A stretch of 64,000 nucleotides of DNA from contig NC_043013.1 of assembly GCF_006345805.1 (NCBI RefSeq), forward strand, positions 48,236,001 through 48,300,000, in the 5' to 3' direction. Shown here one piece after another: positions 27,775 to 37,974 of the stretch. A program made the translations under genes and the position numbers. The notes beneath the pieces were generated by a model that saw only the letters and a list, made by a program, of their open reading frames with translations, was not told the origin of the DNA and ran no database searches. The stretch is from Octopus sinensis. Its lineage: Eukaryota. Numbering within the stretch: the stretch's first letter is position 1; each line of letters opens with the position of its first letter.

Positions 27775-28170
27775 TTTGACCGACCAGTCCGTCAGGCGTC
27801 CATTTGACACCGCTGGTCACAGCACGCTGTCCACTCCTCTCTGGATCGCGCCTTTCTCATCCACGTGATCCCAATCGTCCTCTTGAAATCGTCACTCCTC
27901 CGTCGTGGAGGTCTTCCGGGTGGTCCTGTCCAACCTTCCCTTGAGCACATCCCTTATGCCATTGAACGCCTTCCATCCGGCCCTTACTCTCCGTGAGATC
28001 TCCTTTTTGATATCCCGGCACATATTTACTTCCTGTCCCAGGTAGACATATTCTCTCACCTCCCCTATTTCATCACTGCCGATCACCATTCGACCTGTTG
28101 GTACATTGTCTGACCGCATGAACTTTGTTTTCATGCGGTTCATCATGAGACCTACTGCAGAACTTTTGAA
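27775..28170 (-). mobile_element. RTE-clade LINE fragment, internally deleted
   Basis: MNRMKTKFM..IGEVREYVYLGQEV..KEISRRVRAGWKAF followed shortly by a C-terminal/3' end segment. Confidence 0.8.
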
Positions 28171-28938
28171 CTATTTACACGTGTGCGTGTAAATAGATTT
28201 CTAAGGCCCCCAGGAAGATCGGTGTTTTAGACTACACGGAGAAATATATCACAAAACGTCAAATTCCCATCCACTTGGAAGTAACTGTTGACAGTTTGTT
28301 CAGTTTATGCCGTTTGTTCTTGTAAAACTACTGGGGTTAGAACTCGCAACCGTCCTAATGAAAGGTGGAATGCAGAAATAATTACAATTTCATTTCATTG
28401 TCATTTTCAATGCATTTAGGTAAGATAAGCATACCCGCTGTCATTATTGACACTATATTTACACTAATATATATACATATACATATATATGTATATATAT
28501 ATATACATCTATATATATACACATATATATGTAAGTACGTATGTATGTATGCATATATATATACATAAACACCAAGGCATATGCGTATACACATATTTGT
28601 ACACCCGTACACACACATACATACATACACATATATATATATATATACACACAAATATGTGTATGTATATATATATTTATTTATTTATGTATCTCTCTCT
28701 CACTCTCTCTGTCTTTTATTATATCTAGATATATATATATATATAATATATTCATTATATATATACATACACGCATAGACACATGCATATACACATTTTA
28801 CTGTCCACACATAACCATATGTATATATATATATATATATACATACATATATATACATATAAATATACGTACATAACATATATTATACATACATATATAC
28901 ATATATATGGTATATGTATGTATGTGTGTGTGTGTGCG

Positions 28939-28971
<33 letters not shown>

Positions 28972-30495
28972 ATATATATTTATATATATATATATATATG
29001 CACATATATATGTATATATACACGCGCGCATTGTACATTATACATATATACGTATGCCGTTGGACAAACATACGTTTCACAATAAATTTGATTAATATTG
29101 CTGTTGAGAATAATCAAAAATACTCTTTGGTTTCAAACGCTTTCCGCTGAAGCGATGAAACTTCGTTGAGATACATCAATTGTTGGTATTTTTTCTCTGG
29201 TTTCTTTATTGGACACACAACGATAGCTGTTTAATTCAGTAAGCAATAAAATTCTGTTGTTACAAACTAGTCGCAAGTTATCTAATAATTGGCAATAAAT
29301 AAACAGTTAATATTCGTCTAAAATATATGCTGTACGCTAATAAGCCAAGTCATTCAAATAGGATGGAGAAAGCTCTTAACATCCTTGATTACACTCACAC
29401 GCAGCCACGCACACTTCACACAGCTACACTCACACAAACACACACATTGATTATATAAATATATGATCATATATATATATATACACACACACGTGTGTGA
29501 GTGCGAATATATATATATATTCGTATCTGTGTGTGTGAGTACGAATATATTATATACGTGTGTGTGCACATACACACATACATAATATGTATATATATAT
29601 GCACATTGATTATCTATATGTAGTATATATATATATATATATACAAGAATGTATGTATGCATGATTGTGTGTATAACCATGTGTGTGTATATATGCATGG
29701 CACACAAATTGGAATCTGCTTAAAGAGGAACAAATTATATAAAAAAAAAAGCTTGTTGCGTATACTTAGAAATTTCAATTGAAAATTATGAATCCAGTTT
29801 TAATTAAGTCAGAAAATCATTTGATTTTGTATATAATTATGAGTAAAATAAACAGTCATATTTAGAATAAAGTGTTGTCTAAAGTAGATTGAATTTTCGA
29901 AATAATAGATCTTTTATTACGGTTCTCCAGAAGATCTAAGTTGATCTGCAGATGGTGGTAGGGTGAGGGATGCTGGTATGAAATATCAATAACAGGAATG
30001 TGGAGATGCTAAAAAGAAATGAAGAAGTAATATAGGAGTAGGAGGTGGTGGAGGTGGAGAAGTGTTTCTCTGTCTAAAGGTGTACTATTGTTCTTCAGGT
30101 TCGCTATCTACGGGTATCGTGCCATATTTTTTTCTCGTCGGTTCAGTGTTCGTAATTTTCGAGTACAGTTGACCCCGTGGTAACAAACATTTGTCGTAAC
30201 GAAAATCGTGGAAATCAATTTTTTTTTTTCGTTAACTGGTCGACGAATAAAATCATGTCAACCAATGAATTCCATACAAAAATAAGGAATTAAAATTAAG
30301 GCAACCAGAGGTTACTTGGGCCGTCAAAACCCCTTTGACCACTATAGGATAGTAAATATAGACTCTGCATATCAAGAACTAGCTCCTAAGTCTACCAAGT
30401 GTTTGCAGTAACACTTTGATGGAACAACAGGTAGTTCTTTCTTCTTTTTATTAAAACTAATGTTGTGGTTTTTTGATTATATATACATACATACA

Positions 30496-30534
<39 letters not shown>

Positions 30535-30539
30535 TAAAA

Positions 30540-30721
30540 AAATTTTAATTGGGCCCCACCTGCAAGGTCATGCGTTGTTTATGAGATCGCCATGTCACAC
30601 ACATATGGTTGTGATGCATGTGCCTGGTGTACCCTCATCAGACGGGTAGTCATGATGGGTATATTGGGCTTCGTATATTTTCCCCAGTCTCACTTTGATG
30701 GCATGCACTGCTCTCACACTC
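30540..30721 (+). mobile_element. 3' part of non-coding element X ending in (AAT)n
   Basis: Near-identical to 35295-35471; ends GCATGCACTGCTCTCACACTC-(AAT)n. Confidence 0.7.
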
Positions 30722-30798
<77 letters not shown>

Positions 30799-30811
30799 TA
30801 ATAATAACAAT

Positions 30812-31098
30812 AGGCTGCCCAGTCCTGACTAAGAAGGAATATATTTACAGACATGACAGAGTTGGGACCTATACACTGGAAGCTATACCAACACTATGGA
30901 ATAGCAACATAAAAAAGATGGTATAGGCACACACCAGAAAAGATCACAGAAAATGAGAAAGCAACCATACTCTGGGAATATACCAATACAAACAGATAGA
31001 CAAATTAAGGCCATTGGCCGGATATTGTTGTCAGAGATCACCAAGAAAAAAAATGCTTTCTAATCGATGTGTCAATACCAACATTTGACAATGTTTCA
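30812..31098 (+). mobile_element. R4/Dong RLE-domain fragment
   Basis: GCPVL.KKEYIYRHDRVG..HWKL..HTPEKITENEKATILW..PDIVVRDHQEKKCFLIDVSIP, directly after (AAT)n. Confidence 0.85.
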
Positions 31099-31312
31099 GT
31101 ATGTGACCTCGTCTGTACCACTGGCGATTTTTTTCCTCTGTCTTCCCTTCTCGGGATCTTTCCTTCTCCTATGTTTCCGACGAAGAGCTCCGCTCGAAAC
31201 GTCAAACCCTCCTTCTTCCCTTCTTTCCTGAGCGTCCAATAATACTTTATTTGTTCCATGTCCTTGCGTTGTTGTGTTTTTTTGTTTTTGTTTTATTGTT
31301 TGGATTAACTAT
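31099..31312 (+). mobile_element. ~210-bp non-coding repeat carrying a minimal hammerhead motif (31173-31207, U4C variant)
   Basis: GUUU-CCGACGA-a-GAGC-ucc-GCUC-GAAACGUC-AAAC; four copies of this repeat in the window. Confidence 0.7.
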
Positions 31313-31644
31313 ATATATATATATATTTATATATATCATATATTATATATAAATATGTAGATACCGACAGTATCAGGGCGTGTATAAGTCTTGAATAAAT
31401 TACAAAAATCGATTCCAGGTGAGATAAGCCGTGGGAACGTGTATTTGTACGCGCAAGTACATCAGCTGTTGCGATCGATACTACGCGTATGCGAGAAAAA
31501 TGCACGGTGTCTCAAATTTAGGTTAAATCAGTGTTTTTCAAAGGGGGAGGCATATGGGACGGTCGGACAAGTTGTTTTGAAAAAATTGGTTTAAATGTTT
31601 GACAACTCAGCATCGTCCATTGGACGGGGGGGGGCGTTTTGCAC

Positions 31645-31849
31645 GTGATCACGTGTGTACCGTTGGCGATTGTTTTTCTTCCGTCTTCCCTTCTTTGAAT
31701 CTTTCCTTTTCCTGTGTTTCTGACGAAGAGCCCCGCTCGAAACGTTAAATCCTCCTTCTTGCTTTCCTTTCCTGAGCGCCCAATAGCACTATACTTGTTC
31801 CACGTCCTCGCGTTGTTGTTTACTCTTTGTGTTTTCATGTTTGGATTAA

Positions 31850-31852
<3 letters not shown>
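31645..31852 (+). mobile_element. Same ~210-bp repeat with intact hammerhead core (31716-31750)
   Basis: GUUU-CUGACGA-a-GAGC-ccc-GCUC-GAAACGUU-AAAU; ends ..GGATTAAC followed by (TA)n. Confidence 0.75.
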
Positions 31853-31916
<64 letters not shown>

Positions 31917-32308
31917 TATATATATAATACTCACCATGCCGAAAGCAGAGCCTGTACGAAAGAACATTATTGTGGAGTTATAAAGACAGAGATTGTTTCT
32001 AAGACAGAAAGCGGCGTCAATTTAAGTTATATTAATAAAGAATATAGATCGGCCATATTCATTGTACGTGAGTCTTCCAATACAATATTTTTGCTACGAG
32101 CGATATTCCACCACACACACACTTAACCTTGCAGACCAAATGTCACAGGAGTTTTGTATCATGAAAGTTATTTCCTGCCATCCCAATACCTCTCTTATGC
32201 TACAGTAATTTATCCCATTTTTAAAAAGTATATACAAGACATAGATTCATTAAAACACATCTAGTTTAATCCTCGATTCAATCAAGATGTTTCCACTAAT
32301 ATTGCTAA

Positions 32309-32540
32309 AGGCGGCGAGCTGGCAGAACCGTTAGCACGCCGGGCGAAATGCTTAGCAGTATTTCGTCTGCCGTTATGTTCTGAGTTCAAATTCCGACGAG
32401 GTCGACTTTGCCTTTCATCCTTTCGGGGTCGATTAAATAAGTACCAGTTACGCACTGGGATCGATATAAACAACTTAATCCGTTTGTCTGTCCTTGTTTG
32501 TCCCCTCTATGTTTAGCCCTTGTGGGTAGTAAAGAAATAA
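32309..32540 (+). mobile_element. SINE family B with TSD
   Basis: Consensus match; AATATTGCTAAA on both sides. Confidence 0.88.
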
Positions 32541-32879
32541 AATATTGCTAAAAAAAACTTTCTGTCGCTAATTAGACAGCATTTCCCTAAAACCTACAAC
32601 AAAATACGTACAACAAAATACAGCATTTCAACCTACAGCAAAATACGCACGGCCCTTCCTATCAGTTATCTTACATCTTGGACTGCACACAGCTTTTCAT
32701 ATCCCCAATACTTGACTGGTTATCATTCATGAGTCCCTTCTACCTTAAGTTCTCCTTTTTAACTCCTTTCCTTTGTGTGTATGTGTGTACGCGTGCGCGT
32801 GGTGGGGGATGTTGAGGGGTTTATAAGAATACAAGGTTATTTCTGTATAAACAGCAAAGGGACAGAGAGCTTCGTTTAA

Positions 32880-33353
32880 CCCTTTCATTACCAACCCGGC
32901 TGAAACTGGCCCTGGCTCTGAGTACAAATGTCTTGTTTTCATAAGGTTTGAATTAAAATCTTCCACCAAACCTTAGTCACAATTTATGTTCCTAACACTA
33001 GCTGGATGATAACCAAGTTATTTTACTAAATTCTTTGTTATCTTTAAAGTAATTGAAAGAAACACAGAGCATCTCAATAGAAATATGGTAACAAAAAGGG
33101 TTAAAATATATAATAGAGAAACTATCCTTAACCCTTTTGATACTAACCTGGCTGAAACCAGCTCTGGCTCTGTAGTATAAATGTCTTGTTTTCATAAGTT
33201 TTGGATTAAAATCTTCCACCAAACCTTAGTCACAATTTATGTTCCTAACACAAGCTTAATGATAACTAAGTTATTTTACTAAATTCTTTGTTATATTTAA
33301 AATTAATTGAAAGAAACGCAGAGCATCTCAAAATAAATATGGTAATGAAAGGG
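32880..33353. mobile_element. Two adjacent piggyBac-type MITEs (32880-33100, 33132-33353)
   Basis: TTAA|CCCTTT..AAAGGG|TTAA for both; same family as 56193-56411. Confidence 0.88.
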
Positions 33354-33644
33354 TTAATGAGTTCTACTCAGGTTGTCAGAATTAGAAACAGAGTTAAGCT
33401 TTTCTCTGTATTTAATACAGAGATAATAATAATAATAATTGTTTCTAATAGAAACAAAAGGCCAGAAATTTGGTGAAAGAGAATAGCTGATTGTATCAAC
33501 TCCAGTACTTGACTGGTGCGTTATTTTGTCGATTGTAGAAGGATGGAAGGCAGTCCCCGACGGAATTTGAACTCCGAATGTAAAAAGCTTCAGCTAGACA
33601 TATTATCCGATGGGCCTAACGTGTCTGACTATCCAGTGTCTTTA

Positions 33645-33723
33645 AAGAAGAAGAAGAAGAAGAAGAAGAAGAAGAAGAAGAAGAAGAAGAAGAAGAAGAA
33701 GAGAAGAAGAAGAAAAAGAAAAA

Positions 33724-33755
<32 letters not shown>

Positions 33756-33776
33756 AGAAGAAGAGGAAGAAGAAGA

Positions 33777-33822
<46 letters not shown>

Positions 33823-33845
33823 GAGGAGGAGGAGGAGGAGGAGGA
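33645..33845. repeat. (GAA)n/(GGA)n purine tract
   Basis: Direct reading. Confidence 0.97.
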
Positions 33846-33884
33846 TTTCAAATTTTGGCACAAGGTCAGCAATTTCGGCCCCAA

Positions 33885-34565
33885 AGTAGGTTAGAGCTGC
33901 TACTGAAAACGAAACTGAATGAGAAGAACTTGATTATTGCTATCAACATCTGGGCCGTTCCAGTTATTAGATAAAGAAGTTGGACAGGTGAAGACGAAAG
34001 ATGTTTGCCAATGGTGCAATTCACCCACCAAAGGTAAATGTTAAAAGGTTTATATACACCACAGAATCTAGGCGGACGAGGATTTGTAAGAGTGGAACGT
34101 TGGATGGATAGTGAATTCAGTTCTTTAGACTTGTATTTGGCCAGTAGAAGAGAGTAGCTTTTAAGGTATTTGGCCCAAAACAGAGACATGCATTCAAAGG
34201 ACTGAAAGTAAAGGAAATTACAAAGAGGCTGGGAAACTCTTGTTAGACTTCACATTCCAGACAAAGTTCTTGAATGTACTAGTCCAGACAAAATATCGGT
34301 GGAGAAAGGTCCTGTAAGGAAGTGTCTGTTGTAGCTTGCCCAGGAGGTCATTAAACCAATGGTAAAGAAATTGAGAAAATTGTAAAATATGCAGACTTGA
34401 GAATAGGTGTCGAATGAAATGTGGAATATGAAAGCAAGAGGGGCACCAATTGGGATTGGGGCCTTTGGGTCAGTAACGAAAAGCCTTCAGAAACACCTTT
34501 GATACAACAGGAATCTGTCCAAGAATTACGACATCGCAAAGGACAACACTTTTGGGAACAGCAAA
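33885..34565 (+). mobile_element. Degenerate R4/Dong-like LINE fragment
   Basis: RLELLLKTKLNEKNLIIAINIWAVPVIR, an HP.K.NV.R/GGRG-like region and a IGIGAFG-like C-terminus. Confidence 0.65.
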
Positions 34566-35029
34566 CGAAATTTCGTTGGGGCGGGGGTAATTAAACGATC
34601 AAGTGTTAACAAGTTCATCACTATACAAATAACGGAATAATAATAATAATAACAACAACAACTACTACTACTTCTACTACTACTACTACAACTACAACAA
34701 CAACAACTATAATAATAATAATAATATTATCCTGTATGAAACAAAATCGTATGTCACGTGTGGCAAAAGTAGAGATGACCCAGAAGTTGTTCCTCTTCGA
34801 TTACAATCGTAAACAGCAGTAGCTTTCTTCAACCGAATACACATCGTTGATTGGTTGAAATTACCCAAATACGACAACTTTAACACGAAACTCTACAATA
34901 CGAAAATTTGTCAAAAATGTACAGAGTAAACCGTGTTCTACGTGGGAAATTCTACCAGTATTCGAAGTTTCAAGCTATTTACTTAAAAAAAAAATTACTT
35001 AAAAAATCTGTGACTGAGATGGAATAGAT

Positions 35030-35471
35030 CCCAAATATTCTGCTCAGTACCACAGATTTGCTTATCAGCTGTTTGGCCTTAACCAGTTGAGCATGTCCCT
35101 TAGTGGCTGACGATACGTGCATCACTGATCACGAGCAGAAGTAGTGGGGGAGCATCATAGCCATGTGTTGAGAGGAATTCTTTGGGGTTTGGACGATTCA
35201 CTTTTTCAAACATGGGTATTTCGTTCAACATCCTTAAACAACCCTTATTCAGGAATCTTTTGAGGGGGATGGCCTAATCAACCTGAAAATAATTCTAATT
35301 GGGCCCCACCTGAAAGGTCATGCGTTGTTTATGAGATCGCCATGTCACACACATATGGTTGTGATGCATGTGCCTGATGTACCCTTATCAGACGGGTAGT
35401 CATGATGGGTATATTGAGCTTCGTATATTTTCCCCAGTGTCACTTTGATGGCATGCACTGCTCTCACACTC
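35030..35471 (+). mobile_element. Non-coding element X (longer copy) ending in (AAT)n
   Basis: 35030-35200 is similar to 36250-36420; the 3' end matches 30540-30721. Confidence 0.7.
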
Positions 35472-35490
35472 AATAATAATAATGATGATG

Positions 35491-35569
<79 letters not shown>

Positions 35570-35577
35570 CAACAATA

Positions 35578-36135
35578 GGCTGCCCAGTCCTGGTTAAGAG
35601 GGAATATATTTACAGACACGACAGAGTTGGGATCTTTATACACTGGAAGCTATGCCAACACTATGGAATAGCAACATAAAAAAGATGGTATAGGCACACA
35701 CCAGAAAAGATCACAGAAAATGAGAAAGCAACCATACCCTGGGAATATACCAATACATACATATAGACAAATTAAGGCCAATTGACCGGATATTGTTGTC
35801 AGAGATCACCAAGAAAAAATGCCAATATATGACAATGAAACAGAAAAACTTTCAATATACAAATTCTAGAAATAGAGGCAGCAAGAATGCGGAATCTAAA
35901 AACTTTAGGTATGATAAAATAAATATTCAAATACATAACAAAAACACCAGAACTAACAAGTATATATAACATACAGAAGATTACACTCCTAAGCACCGCA
36001 CACATCCTGCGTAAAACACTTTCAATGCAGTAAAAATAAGAGCATCACAACAAACCACAGCACATACCCAAGGCACACAGAGCTGCGCTCAGTATTGTAG
36101 TGAAAGTACGTGATAAACGTAAGACTACTGAATAA
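35578..36135 (+). mobile_element. R4/Dong RLE fragment with 3'UTR
   Basis: GCPVLVKREYIYRHDRVGIFIHWKLCQHYG..LSKYKFLEIE..IQKITLLSTAHILRKTLSMQ, then a 3'UTR ending in aataata. Confidence 0.85.
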
Positions 36136-36669
36136 TACTAAGTGCCCTGATGCAGTAGCAGGCAGTGGCTCTCATGGTTTCTGATCTTAACTGATTGGAA
36201 ATACTATCATGCACATACATGTTTTGAGTCAGTGTAAAAGATGGACTACAGCAAATATTTATTCCCACAGATTTGCTAGTCAGTTGCTTGTCAATTGCTT
36301 GTCAGTTCCATGTCCCTTAGTGGCTGACGATATATGCAGCTCTGGTTACAAGCAGGGGTAGTGAGGGAGCGTCATAGCATTTGTTGAGAAGAATTCTTTG
36401 GGTTTTAAATAATTCAACTGTTTGGTGGTGTATCATGTGAAATATAGGTAAATGGCTCATTAAATTATACAGACACCCACACAAGGACACCAGCGTGTGG
36501 TTCTTTCAGTGTGAGTGTGTGTGTGTGTGTAACTGGTAAAGAACTTCGTTTCGCAACCACGGGCTTTCAGGCGCACTCCTACTGCGCGGCGCTTTGGGCA
36601 AGTGTTTCTTACTATTACTCCGAGCCTAGTGAACCGATCTAATACACGGAAATTTTGCGAAACTTCATC

Positions 36670-36700
<31 letters not shown>

Positions 36701-36732
36701 ACGTTCATGTATGCTTGCGTGCATACATGCAA

Positions 36733-36777
<45 letters not shown>

Positions 36778-37310
36778 TAGTTAATCCAAACATGAAAACA
36801 CAAAGAGAAAACACAACAACAACGCGAGGACGTGGAACAAGTATAGTGTTATTGGACGCTCAGGAAGGAAAGAAAGAAAGAGGATTTAACGTTTCGAGCG
36901 GAGCTCTTCGTCAGAAACATAGGAAGAAGAAAGATCCAAGAAAAGGAAGACAGAGGAAGGAGGAAAAAATCGCCAACGATACACACGCGGTCACACATAT
37001 ATATATATATACATATATATGCGAAGGCTTGGCAGGTATCTCAACTAGCAGGACTGGCTACCCTAGACTGATAACGAGCAATGGACTCAGAAACATGCAT
37101 GTCTCAAGGTGCTAGCCTTAGCTGCTGGGGTTGCTTGCCTCCCCTTCGCAAATATAAGGACACGGGAAATGTGTCAAAGCCGACAGGAAGCGTCGGTGCT
37201 TCCTAGGGCTAAATAGCGGTTGTGTAATTCCCTTTACAGGACTGTCACGTTATGTTGACAGTATACAACCACTCTATATACATATATACAACACACACAC
37301 ACACACACAC

Positions 37311-37366
<56 letters not shown>

Positions 37367-37870
37367 ATCCAAACATGAAACCACAAAGAGAAAACACAAC
37401 AACGCGAGGACGTGGAACAAGTATAGTGTTATTGGACGCTCAGGAAAGGAAAGAAAGAAGAGGATTTAACGTTTCGAGCGGAGCTCTTCGTCAGAAACAT
37501 AGGAAGAAGAAAGATCCAAGAAAAGGAAGACAGAGGAAGGAGGAAAAAATCGCCAACGATACACACGCGGTCACACATATATATATATATACATATATAT
37601 GCGAAGGCTTGGCAGGTATCTCAACTAGCAGACTGGCTACCCTAGACTGATAACGAGCAATGGACTCAGAAACATGCATGTCTCAAGGTGCTAGCCTTAG
37701 CTGCTGGGGTTGCTTGCCTCCCCTTCGCAAATATAAGGACACGGGAAATGTGTCAAAGCCGACAGGAAGCGTCGGTGCTTCCTAGGGCTAAATAGCGGTT
37801 GTGTAATTCCCTTTACAGGACTGTCACGTTATGTTGACAGTATACAACCACTCTATATACATATATACAA
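36778..37870. repeat. ~580-bp tandem duplication of a composite unit: minus-strand hammerhead repeat plus plus-strand structured hammerhead-like module
   Basis: 36778-37290 and 37360-37870 are near-identical. Minus-strand cores at 36884-36918 and 37464-37498; plus-strand CUGAUAA..GAAACAUGCAUGUC at 37068-37103 and 37647-37682. Confidence 0.85.
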
Positions 37871-37919
37871 CACACACACACACACCACACACACACACAC
37901 ACACCACACACACATATAT

Positions 37920-37973
<54 letters not shown>

Positions 37974-37974
37974 T

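Noticed and set aside
30625-30645. Minus-strand CUGAUGAG in element X
   Set aside because: No downstream GAAA, and the box is not conserved in the other copies (CUGAUAA).
37128-37185. Possible HDV-like fold overlapping the structured module
   Set aside because: L3 lacks the conserved G, and P1 would be AU-only without G1.
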